From positions 1 through 43,530 of the IMG/VR virus record IMGVR_UViG_2734482773_000003: 43,530 bases of DNA. One strand, written 5' to 3'. This document shows positions 33,063 through 43,224 of the stretch, piece after piece. The stretch is from a virus (lineage: Duplodnaviria > Heunggongvirae > Uroviricota > Caudoviricetes). The notes under the pieces are model-generated. The model did no database searches and had not been told where the DNA came from. It saw only the letters and a program-made list of their open reading frames with translations. Position 1 is the stretch's first letter, and every line of letters starts with the position of its first letter. The translations under genes were made by a program, and so were the position numbers.

Positions 33063-35993
33063 ATGGCAGGTGAGAAAAACGCCGGTAGCATCGTTTATGA
33101 AGTCAGCGCCAATATTGAGCCGCTGCTGCAGGGCGGTAAACAGGCCATTGATGCTCTGGATAAACTGGATGCTGCAGCCCAGCAGTCCGGGAAGGGAATG
33201 GATAACCTCGACCAGAGCACGTCTCAAACCGGATCCGCTTTTACTGAACTGGCTGGTTATGCCAATTCCATGGATAACCAGCTGCGCAAGCTGAACACCA
33301 ACGTGAGCGGAATTGCCCGCGCTATGGAAGAGGCCCGCAGCGGTACCGGCGGCGCGAGCAGTGAATTCAGTCGCGCAGAATCAATCATCGAGGCGCTGGG
33401 TAACCAGCTGGCTGTGCTGGACGAAGCGCAGGAGAATGGCGCGCGTAGTGCCGCGGTTCTGGCAGCCCAGCTCCGAGCCGGGTCAAAAGCTACAGACGAA
33501 GAGAAGCAGAAGATCGGCGAATTGACTGGGCGGCTCTTCGACATGAAAGGCGCTGCTGATACCTCGATGGGCAGTAATAAAGGCTGGAAGGCCAGCATGC
33601 AGCAGGCTGGTTATCAGGTTCAGGATTTCATAGTACAGGTGCAGGGCGGCCAGTCTGCGCTGGTGGCGTTCGCTCAGCAGGGGTCTCAACTCGCTGGTGC
33701 ATTCGGTCCCGGCGGCGCAGTCGTTGGTGCCATAATCGCGCTTGGTTCGGTGCTGGCTGGCGTGCTGATTACTTCGCTGAATGGCGGCAAGAATGCCATG
33801 GATGCGCTGAAAGACGCAGCTGAAGCGATGGATAAGGTTATCACCATTTCATCGCAAGGCGTGGCCGCGCTTTCCGACAAGTATGCTGCCCTGGCGCGCG
33901 TAAATGCCGACGTGGCTACTTTGCTGAGAAATCAGGCACTGCTCGAGTATAACCAGGCGATCTCAAAGATTCCTAAAGCCATTAGTGACGCGTCTGATGC
34001 TTTCATTACGTTAGGCGATCGCGCACTGGCGGCTGTTGGCGGTGCGTCTCCAAGCATCAAAAAGTTCAACGATGAGCTTTCTGCGCTTGGCGTTACCACA
34101 AATGACTGGAGCCAGGCCATTCAACAGGCCAACAGTCAGGGGCAATATGCCTCTGGCATTGTGAACTCTTTATCTTCAACGGTCAGCACGCTTTCTTCAC
34201 GCCTCGGCATCAGCAAGCAATCAGCGTTTGATCTTGCAAGAGAGTTATCAGACCTGAGCAACAACCCGTCGCCTGAAGCACTTCAGGAACTGGCGAAAAA
34301 GCTCCAGGAAATGAAGTCCTCCTCCAAAGATGGGCAGTCAGCCATTGCTGAGCTGGCTGGTAAACTTGTCGATCTGGCAAGAGAGGCAGCCAATGCGAAG
34401 ATCAATGTAGACAGCCTGAATAAGTCCACGGATAACCTTACCGCCGGACAGAAGAACCTGATCAAACAGTCCGAGCGCAACCTGGCACTCTCGAAGTTGC
34501 AGGGCGAGGCTCGCGCACGGTTGCAGGCGCAATACGCTGCCGAAGATGCTGGATTTGCGAAGGATGATCCGCATGCCAAGCAGATGGAAGATGATGCTGC
34601 CGCTACGTACAAAAATACGGAAGAGCAAAAGAAGCTTAAATCGGAGCAGAAAAAAGGAGCATCTCAGGCAGAAACCATTGCTCAGAAGCTGGCGAACCTG
34701 AAACAGCAGTCAGAACTCGCTGCCTATTCAACGAATAAGCTGAGCCGAGAGCAGGCTATTCTGAATGCGCAGCAGTCGCTCGGGAAAGGTGCCACCAAAG
34801 AGCAGATAGCACTTGCCGGTCAGTATGCGGCCAAAAAATGGGACACCGCCAACGCCATTAAGGCTCAGGCTGCAGCGGAGAAACTTCTTCCTGAGGCCCG
34901 CGAGAACGCCAGCTACAGGCAGGATGTTGAGGACCTGAATACCGCTCTGGCTGCGAAGAAAATCAGTCAGGAGCAGTTCAATCAGACATCCGAGCGACTG
35001 GAAGCAACTCACCAGGCCAACCTTGCGAAAATCCGTGCCGATCAGGCTGTCAGCCCACTGCAGGAAGCTGCTGGCGGTGTGGATCCGGTGCAGCAACTGG
35101 CGAATGAAAATGCCCGAAAACTCGCGCTTATTCAGGCTTACGAGCAGCAGGGGATTATTACTCACCAGAACGCGCTTATGCTGCGCGCATCAGCTGACAG
35201 GGAGTACGAGCAGGCTCGCATCGCGGCGCAATGGGAGATTTTCCGTAACCAGAGCGCAGGCAATGAAGCGCTGGCGGCGTCCTTTGATGCACTGGCCGGT
35301 AATGCGTCCAATGCCTTAACCGGCATCATCACCGGGAGCATGTCAGCTTCCGATGCTCTGCGCTCGATCGGGAATACCGTACTGAACAGCCTCATCAACA
35401 CCTTCGTCCAGATGGGCGTTGAGTGGGTTAAATCGGCAATCATGGGGCAGACGGCCACCACTGCAGCGGTTGCAGCATCTACCACGGCGCAGGCAGCAGG
35501 CATTGCCACTACCACGGCGACGTCTACCGCGGCGGCGGCGGCCACAACTGCAGCATGGACGCCAGCGGCCATCATGTCCTCCATTGCGTCATTCGGTGGA
35601 GCGGTGGCGATCGGCATCGGAGCTATGGCTGGCATCCTGGCACTGTCAGGAAAGCGTAAGAACGGCGGGCCGGTTAGTGCAAGCGGAATGTATCAGGTCG
35701 GCGAAGGTGGAATGCCGGAGATTTACCAGGCCAGCACCGGTAAGCAGTACATGATACCGGGCGACAACGGCAAGGTGATCAGCAACAAGGAAATGACTGC
35801 CGGAGGCGGTGGCGGGGTAATTTTGAATATCAACAATTACTCTTCAGCGTCGGTCGATGCACAGGCTACGCAGGGCAGTGACGGCACCTGGACTATCGAT
35901 ACATTCATCGCTGACATGAATAATGGTGGACCAGCAAGCCAGGCTATTACCAGCAATTTGAACGTTAAGCGCACGCCAAGGGGGCAGGGCTGA
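33063..35993 (+). CDS. tail tape measure protein
   Basis: 976 aa, largely alpha-helical Ala/Gln/Leu-rich with hydrophobic Gly/Ala segments; canonical position after the chaperone. Confidence 0.85.
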   Translation: MAGEKNAGSIVYEVSANIEPLLQGGKQAIDALDKLDAAAQQSGKGMDNLDQSTSQTGSAFTELAGYANSMDNQLRKLNTNVSGIARAMEEARSGTGGASSEFSRAESIIEALGNQLAVLDEAQENGARSAAVLAAQLRAGSKATDEEKQKIGELTGRLFDMKGAADTSMGSNKGWKASMQQAGYQVQDFIVQVQGGQSALVAFAQQGSQLAGAFGPGGAVVGAIIALGSVLAGVLITSLNGGKNAMDALKDAAEAMDKVITISSQGVAALSDKYAALARVNADVATLLRNQALLEYNQAISKIPKAISDASDAFITLGDRALAAVGGASPSIKKFNDELSALGVTTNDWSQAIQQANSQGQYASGIVNSLSSTVSTLSSRLGISKQSAFDLARELSDLSNNPSPEALQELAKKLQEMKSSSKDGQSAIAELAGKLVDLAREAANAKINVDSLNKSTDNLTAGQKNLIKQSERNLALSKLQGEARARLQAQYAAEDAGFAKDDPHAKQMEDDAAATYKNTEEQKKLKSEQKKGASQAETIAQKLANLKQQSELAAYSTNKLSREQAILNAQQSLGKGATKEQIALAGQYAAKKWDTANAIKAQAAAEKLLPEARENASYRQDVEDLNTALAAKKISQEQFNQTSERLEATHQANLAKIRADQAVSPLQEAAGGVDPVQQLANENARKLALIQAYEQQGIITHQNALMLRASADREYEQARIAAQWEIFRNQSAGNEALAASFDALAGNASNALTGIITGSMSASDALRSIGNTVLNSLINTFVQMGVEWVKSAIMGQTATTAAVAASTTAQAAGIATTTATSTAAAAATTAAWTPAAIMSSIASFGGAVAIGIGAMAGILALSGKRKNGGPVSASGMYQVGEGGMPEIYQASTGKQYMIPGDNGKVISNKEMTAGGGGGVILNINNYSSASVDAQATQGSDGTWTIDTFIADMNNGGPASQAITSNLNVKRTPRGQG

Positions 35994-36490
35994 TGCCAAT
36001 TATCGACTATCCCGACTGGCTTCCGCTGGCGCAGAAGGCCAGCAAAAATATGACGCTCGATACCGGGTTCCAGACCGACCAGCCAGCGGTCGGCCCGGCT
36101 ATCTTCCAGAACCTTACTCACGACCTGAAAGTGACATGGTCCCTGACATGGATCTTCACTCTGGACCAGGAGCGCGCTTTCCAGCAGTGGCTGCGCAGCC
36201 CGAACTATCTCAACCGGGGCCTGAACTGGTTCCGGATGAATATCAACCTTGGCGGTAGCGGTCTGCAGCTGCAGGAGCTTCACTTCACGCAGATGCCGGT
36301 GCAAACCAGTATTGACGGCGGTGTGGTGACCTGGACAGGGACAGTTATTGCGAACCACCTCTACAACGCCGACGACGAGTTCGACGACATCATTGTAGAG
36401 CTGCCGCCACCGTGGGATTCGTGGCTGGATATCGTGGTTACGGGTTATCCGGACAATAGAGACCCAGAATCACTTCCGAGGGTGCCGTAA
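35993..36490 (+). CDS. minor tail protein
   Basis: 165 aa, ATG overlapping the tape-measure stop; position of lambda M-type distal tail genes. Confidence 0.5.
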   Translation: MPIIDYPDWLPLAQKASKNMTLDTGFQTDQPAVGPAIFQNLTHDLKVTWSLTWIFTLDQERAFQQWLRSPNYLNRGLNWFRMNINLGGSGLQLQELHFTQMPVQTSIDGGVVTWTGTVIANHLYNADDEFDDIIVELPPPWDSWLDIVVTGYPDNRDPESLPRVP

Positions 36491-36960
36491 TGCAGAGCTT
36501 CAGGGAGTACAAGCAGCAACGGCCGACGCGTGGGCTGTACGATACCATTACTTTCTACCATCCATCCTTTGGCTACATCCACCTGGTCGATAAGCAGTTC
36601 TTTCCGAAGACGCTCGGCGGCCAGACGTACACGCCCGCGCGCTTTGAAATCGAGGAGAGTCAGCAGAGCGGCACGCCGGTAATCGACGCGACGGTGAAGT
36701 TAGGGCGGCTTTCGTCGGACATCAAAGCGCTGATGAAGCAGTGGAAGGGCGCGGCCCGGCTGACGGCCATCACGGCCACAAGGCAGATCTTCGACAGCGG
36801 GGACGTGTCTGTGCCGATTAAGTCCTGGCAGTTATACGTCAAGACAGTGGACATCGATGCTGACTCCGCGTCAGTAACCCTGTCCGTCACCAACCCGCTG
36901 AACAACAACATCGGAAGGCTCTATGACCCAACGGAATATACCGGCCTGCAGTACCTCTGA
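36490..36960 (+). CDS. minor tail protein
   Basis: 156 aa, start overlapping the upstream stop. Confidence 0.5.
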   Translation: MQSFREYKQQRPTRGLYDTITFYHPSFGYIHLVDKQFFPKTLGGQTYTPARFEIEESQQSGTPVIDATVKLGRLSSDIKALMKQWKGAARLTAITATRQIFDSGDVSVPIKSWQLYVKTVDIDADSASVTLSVTNPLNNNIGRLYDPTEYTGLQYL

Positions 36961-37339
36961 TTTTGTTCGGAAGGTGATCGGCGTGCCATGGGCTAACCGG
37001 GCCTGTTCGTTCGAGAAGTTGGATTGCTGGGGGCTGGTGGTGCTGTATTACCGGCACGTTCTCGGCATTGAACTGCACCAGACGCCGGACTACGAAGCCG
37101 GTGAGGATTTCTTCACCTGCTATCAGGGAGACGTCGTTTTCTGGCGCAAGCTCGATAAACCGGTCGATGGCGGGATATTCGTCGGGTACCGCGGCGCGCA
37201 ACCTGCGCATGTTGGCCTGGTACTGAACCGGCAGGCGCTGCACTCGCGCGGCGAGAACGGAAGCGTGCGCATGGACTCGTTGCTGGTCATTCAGCGGGCA
37301 TTCACCAAAGTGGAGTTTTTCGAATATGGCGTTGATTGA
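36923..37339 (+). CDS. NlpC/P60-family tail protein (lambda K-like cysteine peptidase domain)
   Basis: catalytic-type Cys in LDCWGLVVLYY and His in AHVGLVL; position after the minor tail genes. Confidence 0.6.
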   Translation: MTQRNIPACSTSDFVRKVIGVPWANRACSFEKLDCWGLVVLYYRHVLGIELHQTPDYEAGEDFFTCYQGDVVFWRKLDKPVDGGIFVGYRGAQPAHVGLVLNRQALHSRGENGSVRMDSLLVIQRAFTKVEFFEYGVD

Positions 37340-39803
37340 GCTTCAGCGTTTCCCGGGGACGCCAAAAGAACGCTACAGGGTGCCAAACGGCACCCTTTTT
37401 TATGACTGGCTGGTGGCAAATGACGCTACCTTTCACCGCGATCTGCTGATTGTCCGGAACGGCGTAAAGCTTTGTGATGATGACGAGCTGGCGTTTGAGC
37501 TGAGCGAACTGGACAACATCCAGATTTTCGACCAGCCAAAGGGCATTGTCAGTGACATCCTGAGCCCGATTTTCAAAGTTGTCGGGTCTGTATTTTCTTT
37601 TCTGGCGCCTAAGCCGGCAATCGCAAATACCGGTGGTAACACTGTCGACTCGCCAAACAATAGCCTGACCGGTCAGACAAACACCGCGCGCGTCTATAAA
37701 GCCAAACCGGACATATACGGGCAGGTGCGTTCTTTCCCAGACCTGATTCAGGAATCACTGTTTGAGTACATCAGCACTGGCGTGCGAGACGGTGGCAAGA
37801 AGTACGTGACGGAATGGATGTGTATCGGGATTGGCAAGTACAATTATGAGTCTGTGCGCTACTCAGAATCGAGCCTTGGAAGCATGGCCGGAGCCGAATA
37901 CCAGTTCATTCAGCCTGGCGAGGTAATCCCGTCGATTAACGAAGGCTACAGCTTCGATGACGTCGATGGGCAGGAAGTCCCGGGTGCGAACCAGGGCGAA
38001 TCGTTCCCTGTTGAAACCGCTACAGCCAACACAGTGGTCAGCGGCACGTATGCCGGCGGTCAGATAGCGGTGAAAATCGTTAAACAGGCGGAATTTGACT
38101 ATTTCATGGGCCTGGTATTGCCGCATGCCGTCTCGTTCGACATAAACGTCACTTACGCGACTGCCTCTGGTTCGGTAACTACTGACGCCACGTTCTCCGG
38201 CACGCTTGTTTCAGCTGTAGAGACAAACGACGGCGCGGTGATAAACCCAGTCCGCTGGTACACCTTCACCATGGGCGACCTGGATGGCCCGCCAGATATC
38301 CCCGCTACCGCAACGATCAACACGACGAAGTTCGTGCTGAACGACAACGAAGCGCTGGTCGTAGGTCCGTTCTTTTCTCCGGTTGAATCAACGCAGTTGT
38401 GGATCCATACCCAAAGTAGCCTCGGTCCGAAGAAGCAGACCAACTGGAAGGTGGTGCTTTGGAAAATTGATGACGACTACAACATGATCCCTGGCACTCA
38501 GCAGACGCTGGTGTTCAAGCAGACAACCTGGCACAAGCAGGATAGCGAGACATTCTATCGGACCGACAAGATAGTGCCGACTGGCGGCTTCGGGAAGTAC
38601 GCCATTAACCTGCAGCGCACCGATAACTCTGGTGATGCGTCGATACTCAAACTTGAGGAAATCCACGCCGTAAACGTGCGAACAAACGTTGTCCATCCAA
38701 CCGATACGCTGGTGCGCGTGAAGGTTAGGGCTACAGAGAACGCGCTGGGCAGCCGCGACCGCAAATACAACGCCCTGGTAACGCGGCACACCATCACGTA
38801 CGATCTGGACACGCAGACGGTAGATTACACGCTGCGTCCGTCGCGTTCATTCGCTGATGCAGTGGCTCACACATGGCTGATTATGGGTGAGCAGCCCGTA
38901 AGCAGCATTGACCTGTATGGGTTGTATTCGATCGCCGAAAGCCTGCCTGATGAGCGCCTTGGTTACTTCGACTATACCTTTGATGATGAGAACGACTCTC
39001 TGGGAGACCGCGTGCAGGCGATCTGCAATGCGGCATCTGTGGTGGCGTACTGGGACGACGGTGTGCTCACGTTTACCCGCGATCAGAAAGTTGACTACCC
39101 GGCGGCGGTATTCAACCGGGCCAACATGAAGACTGACGAGTACAAAATGACGTACGAAGCTACTCTTCCGGGCGGTTATGACGGCGTTCAGGTGTCATAC
39201 GTCCACCCCACAACGAACAACAAGACGTACATCAACTACCGGGTTCTGAACGGCGCCATCGTTGAGCAGGAAGCGGAAAACCCGAACAAGCTGGAGATAG
39301 TCGGCTTCCGTAACGAGTACCAGGCCCCAGAACGAGCTCTGCGAGAAACCAAGCGCCTGATTTACTCTCGGGTGAAGATGAACGCCAAAGTGTTTGAGGA
39401 CGGCATTATCCAGGTCGGTAGCGTCATTCAGATGCCCGACATCTACGACAGCAACCAGCAACAGGGTTACATCACCGGGCGCGCCGGTAATAACTTTGAT
39501 ACCAGCGAGCCGATCACGTTTACCGGTTCGATGTATGTGCTGGTGACAGACAGCCTGGGTAACCCGACACTGCGCTATCCAGCGGCTGCGCGTGGCGACA
39601 CGAAGTACGGATTCACTGCGGCTATCCCCAACATTCAGCTCAATATCTGGAACGGAGACACTGTGCAGCTCCCGTCCCGCTACCTCATCGCGACCGTTGA
39701 GGAACTGGACAGTCAGCTATGGACGGTCAACAGCATCAAACCTAACACAGATAACACCGTATCTCTGACAGTCGCTGAATACAGCGACGCCATCTACCAA
39801 TAA
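37326..39803 (+). CDS. tail tip / host-specificity protein (I/J-position)
   Basis: 825 aa, overlapping start with the upstream gene; position of the central tail fibre/tip assembly genes. Confidence 0.6.
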   Translation: MALIELQRFPGTPKERYRVPNGTLFYDWLVANDATFHRDLLIVRNGVKLCDDDELAFELSELDNIQIFDQPKGIVSDILSPIFKVVGSVFSFLAPKPAIANTGGNTVDSPNNSLTGQTNTARVYKAKPDIYGQVRSFPDLIQESLFEYISTGVRDGGKKYVTEWMCIGIGKYNYESVRYSESSLGSMAGAEYQFIQPGEVIPSINEGYSFDDVDGQEVPGANQGESFPVETATANTVVSGTYAGGQIAVKIVKQAEFDYFMGLVLPHAVSFDINVTYATASGSVTTDATFSGTLVSAVETNDGAVINPVRWYTFTMGDLDGPPDIPATATINTTKFVLNDNEALVVGPFFSPVESTQLWIHTQSSLGPKKQTNWKVVLWKIDDDYNMIPGTQQTLVFKQTTWHKQDSETFYRTDKIVPTGGFGKYAINLQRTDNSGDASILKLEEIHAVNVRTNVVHPTDTLVRVKVRATENALGSRDRKYNALVTRHTITYDLDTQTVDYTLRPSRSFADAVAHTWLIMGEQPVSSIDLYGLYSIAESLPDERLGYFDYTFDDENDSLGDRVQAICNAASVVAYWDDGVLTFTRDQKVDYPAAVFNRANMKTDEYKMTYEATLPGGYDGVQVSYVHPTTNNKTYINYRVLNGAIVEQEAENPNKLEIVGFRNEYQAPERALRETKRLIYSRVKMNAKVFEDGIIQVGSVIQMPDIYDSNQQQGYITGRAGNNFDTSEPITFTGSMYVLVTDSLGNPTLRYPAAARGDTKYGFTAAIPNIQLNIWNGDTVQLPSRYLIATVEELDSQLWTVNSIKPNTDNTVSLTVAEYSDAIYQ

Positions 39804-39825
39804 GAACCGCCCCCGACCAACCAGA

Positions 39826-39850
39826 CCCGGCCGCCGCGCCGGGTTTTTTT
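39826..39850 (+). terminator. intrinsic terminator between tail-tip and tail-fibre genes
   Basis: hairpin cccggc-cgccgc-gccggg 39826..39843 followed by ttttttt. Confidence 0.55.
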
Positions 39851-39861
39851 ATGGAATCAAT

Positions 39862-41730
39862 ATGGCTACGACACCTACCAATCTTCCTGTTCCAAGTGAA
39901 TCACCGCGCGATCTGAAATTTAACGCCGGAAAAATAGACGAGTTTGTAACCTCAGGAAATCATGTTTATGTTGACAGGTTCGGCGATGAACATCGTACAA
40001 TTGCTGGCATAAATTACGATGCAAATCAGGCAATGCTGAATTATGGCTACATCACGAAGAAGTCTTTTGAAATTGGCGCTACCCTCGACACTCCTAACAC
40101 TGTTCTTCAGTGGGAGAGCAATGGCGAATACTACCGCTGGGATGGGGACTGGTCACAGCCCAAAGTAGTTCCCGCTGGTTCTACGCCTGATAGTACCGGT
40201 GGAATTGGGGAAGGGAAATGGGTTGGAGTAGGAGATGCTTCATTAAGGTCTGATTTGGCTGGTGCCGGTGGTTCAGATATGATCGGGACACCTAATGGAA
40301 CTGTGGAAGAAAGGCTTAATCAACTAAAGGATAAGGATGAAGATTTAGGGAAAAAGATAGTAACAACTATCATTCCATGTCCTACACCAACAATCGATAA
40401 TGGTGTAAAGGCTGTTGTGAAATCATCATCTGATGATGATTTTTATATTATCTCTAAAAGAGCCAATGGTAAGTCTGGCTTTATCGCTTTGCGCGTAACC
40501 AATGACGTATCAGTTTCTGATGCGAGCAACTACGGTGGTGCATCACCATTCCGTCCTGGATCTGTTGAGCGAGTGAGAGATGCGATTTATGCGAAGTTAG
40601 CTCCATCCACTAAATCATCTGGTGTTACTTTATCAACCCTAACTGCATCACAAATCGCAACACTTTATGGATTTACAGCAACCGGAAGTTCTATCAACGC
40701 AGTGACTGCAAGTGGCGATTTTTCGCTTATAAGCCCACAGGTATATAACGTTCCTAATGGCGAATCTGTTGTTTATAAGCTTGAAATGTCGAATAAAGCT
40801 ACAATTCGGCTTGGATGCTCTAATGGTGCTTCTACAACTGTAAATATAAGCATCAGTCGAGATGGAACTAACTGGCTTCTTCAGAAAACAGTTAACACAC
40901 AACTTCCTCCATCAGGTCTTGGTCCGCTACCTCTTGATATTGAAGTGAATGGTCTAAGTGGTGTTTGGTATGTTCGTGTATCAAATGGGCACGCCAACCC
41001 TCTGTATCTTGTCGGTCTGAATATTGGCTATATTGGTTCTGATAAAATATATGACTATGATGCATTCATTGCAACGATAGAGCCTGATTTGAGTACTGGA
41101 CCTTCATATTATTTCGGAGGTAATGGAGCTACAGAATTTGCAGCGAAAGAATTATCTACTGGTAAATTCTTCGGAACATTCCATGGTGGTCATAGTAATT
41201 TTCTTCAAAGATTAAGAACCGAATCAGCTTCTTATAACCTGGATAGCTCCACTGCACCAACTCTCTTGCTTACGAAGAATGCCACTTTACACAGCGCTTC
41301 TCTTATCACGGTGCAGTCATCAACATATAACTATGTGGCGTCAACACAGTTTGGTGATGGTGTGACTATCACTAATTTCGCACTTCAGAAGCAATCCGGA
41401 GAGGCAATTTTATGTGAGCGAATTTATACGCACATGGCAACATCTGCGCGAAACTTCGACTGGATACACCTTCCTGTTCTTCTGAATAAGACGGATGATG
41501 GGTATGTTCAGGTTGGTCAGTGCGGATTTATACAGCAATTCAGATCAGACGATGCGGCTTACGTTAACTGCTACTTTTCGCAAGTCAACGTCTCTGAAAA
41601 CGGCTATGGAGGGGCTTATGTTTCCTTCCAAAATAACTATAACAAGCAGTATTATGGGTCAGTATTTTCTTCTTCAGTAGGGGTTCCTCTTTCTGACGGC
41701 TCCTACACAACATGTAAAGAGTTTTTCTGA
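39862..41730 (+). CDS. tail fibre / tailspike protein with conserved N-terminal anchor and divergent AT-rich C-terminal receptor-binding region
   Basis: 622 aa; composition drops to AT-rich after roughly the first 150 codons; Ser/Thr/Asn/Gly/Tyr-rich C-terminus typical of beta-structured receptor-binding/depolymerase domains. Confidence 0.65.
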   Translation: MATTPTNLPVPSESPRDLKFNAGKIDEFVTSGNHVYVDRFGDEHRTIAGINYDANQAMLNYGYITKKSFEIGATLDTPNTVLQWESNGEYYRWDGDWSQPKVVPAGSTPDSTGGIGEGKWVGVGDASLRSDLAGAGGSDMIGTPNGTVEERLNQLKDKDEDLGKKIVTTIIPCPTPTIDNGVKAVVKSSSDDDFYIISKRANGKSGFIALRVTNDVSVSDASNYGGASPFRPGSVERVRDAIYAKLAPSTKSSGVTLSTLTASQIATLYGFTATGSSINAVTASGDFSLISPQVYNVPNGESVVYKLEMSNKATIRLGCSNGASTTVNISISRDGTNWLLQKTVNTQLPPSGLGPLPLDIEVNGLSGVWYVRVSNGHANPLYLVGLNIGYIGSDKIYDYDAFIATIEPDLSTGPSYYFGGNGATEFAAKELSTGKFFGTFHGGHSNFLQRLRTESASYNLDSSTAPTLLLTKNATLHSASLITVQSSTYNYVASTQFGDGVTITNFALQKQSGEAILCERIYTHMATSARNFDWIHLPVLLNKTDDGYVQVGQCGFIQQFRSDDAAYVNCYFSQVNVSENGYGGAYVSFQNNYNKQYYGSVFSSSVGVPLSDGSYTTCKEFF

Positions 41731-41749
41731 TACCCAAGGCTTGGAGAAT

Positions 41750-41773
41750 GGGCAAGGCCGCAATGCCTTGCCC
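41750..41773. terminator. hairpin between convergent tail-fibre and acyltransferase genes (possible bidirectional terminator)
   Basis: gggcaaggc-cgcaat-gccttgccc 41750..41773; no strong U-tract on either strand. Confidence 0.35.
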
Positions 41774-41798
41774 ATATCCTGTTATGAATCAGCAGAGG

Positions 41799-42908
41799 CT
41801 AAATTGCTGGTTTTCTTGTCTTGATTAAATTACCTGCCATATCAACCAAATATTTTCTTAATGCCAAGATAGCAAGGTTTATAATAATAGGGATAACAAT
41901 GCCTGCAACGATATAAACAGGCCAGTACAAAGGATCTGAAAAGTGCGACAAAGCCTTAGCTTTCCCTATTTCATACATTCCCATCCAGCCGAAAATAATA
42001 TCCAACAAAATGAATGCAAGTAAGTGGAAAGACATAATGCATTTGCTTTCCCTCCCTATGTAGAGAATGGTTTTCGACTTTATTGCTTTAGATAGCATGC
42101 AGGATAAGGAAAATACTATATATGAGCAAAGTAATATTTGAACATAAGTCAGCAAAAATCCATGCTTGTAGTTACTCCATGAAACCCCTATATCTCCGCT
42201 TAGCCCCAGTCGGCGCATAGTAATAACCAATAAAAACGCCAAGCACATCCAAAGCAAAGAAGGTGATTTAAATATCAAATCCTTAAATGTTTTTCCTATC
42301 AACATAAAGGCAAGCGCAAAGAGGATTTGAGAACCATAGTTATTTAATATATTCCATTCAGATTTGTATGCCACAGCAAGATAATCGATGGAAACCCAAC
42401 CACATGCTATGATAGTCAGAACGGATAAAATACTTTTCGCGGTTCTATTTAAATGTTTTGTTATGCGCAGATAGCAATATAGAAGGATGGATGCCATTGC
42501 ATATGCGAAAAGAAACCATGATACTAAAAATAAAAAACTAATATGCATATTAGTATTCAAAAAGTAAATGGCATAATCATAGATAGAGCTCTGAGCTTTA
42601 TATAGCCCTGAAATTCCAGTGCTCTCTTGTATAAGATATGAAACTAGCAATAAAAACATATCCACAATTACTATATAAAAAAAGAACTTTCTGATTATTA
42701 TACTAAGGAATTGTAGAGGGTTTTTATTCTCGTTAAATACAATTCCTCCAATCATGAAAAATAGAGGCATATGATACATATACGGCGTCATAACATTAAA
42801 TATGTTATTTGAGTAGTGCCCTATAACGACAACAATAATTCCAAGAGCCTTTGCATAATCAATAGCAGCTCTCCTGTATTGCTGATCATCATTGCTAATC
42901 GTATTCAT
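41799..42908 (-). CDS. acyltransferase-3 family integral membrane protein (putative O-antigen/polysaccharide O-acetyltransferase; lysogenic-conversion candidate)
   Basis: 369 aa with about 10 predicted TM helices; N-terminal RAAIDYAKALGIIVVVIGHY matches the acyltransferase-3 start motif; strongly AT-rich; AGGGTG upstream of ATG 42908; convergent with the tail fibre. Confidence 0.7.
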   Translation of the reverse strand: MNTISNDDQQYRRAAIDYAKALGIIVVVIGHYSNNIFNVMTPYMYHMPLFFMIGGIVFNENKNPLQFLSIIIRKFFFYIVIVDMFLLLVSYLIQESTGISGLYKAQSSIYDYAIYFLNTNMHISFLFLVSWFLFAYAMASILLYCYLRITKHLNRTAKSILSVLTIIACGWVSIDYLAVAYKSEWNILNNYGSQILFALAFMLIGKTFKDLIFKSPSLLWMCLAFLLVITMRRLGLSGDIGVSWSNYKHGFLLTYVQILLCSYIVFSLSCMLSKAIKSKTILYIGRESKCIMSFHLLAFILLDIIFGWMGMYEIGKAKALSHFSDPLYWPVYIVAGIVIPIIINLAILALRKYLVDMAGNLIKTRKPAI

Positions 42909-43183
42909 TCTTCACCCTGCGTAGTTCATTTCACGAATCATTCTGTAGGGATACACGTCGCATCACTACTGACGGCACCGTCACATGAAGCATGATAACT
43001 GCGTAATCAGATCGTGATTAACGCGTTATTGTCAAAAGGATGCGACAGCATACCCGAAGGTAGTTTTTCGATCGAGTAAATCGTTAGTAAGAACAGACGT
43101 CCATAGCAAAAATAAACGCTAAAACATCAACAGCCTATAAATTTCAATCCCTCTAAAACTTGATCAAAGTTAGCTCTTGTGTG

Positions 43184-43203
43184 TACTGTATATATATACA
43201 GTT
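43184..43203 (+). promoter_or_regulatory. LexA (SOS) box overlapping a candidate promoter
   Basis: tactgtatatatatacagtt contains CTGT-(AT)4-ACAG, the LexA-box consensus; candidate -35 TTGATC at 43161..43166 with -10 inside the box. Confidence 0.6.
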
Positions 43204-43224
43204 TTTGTTGTCCTGAGGATGATT

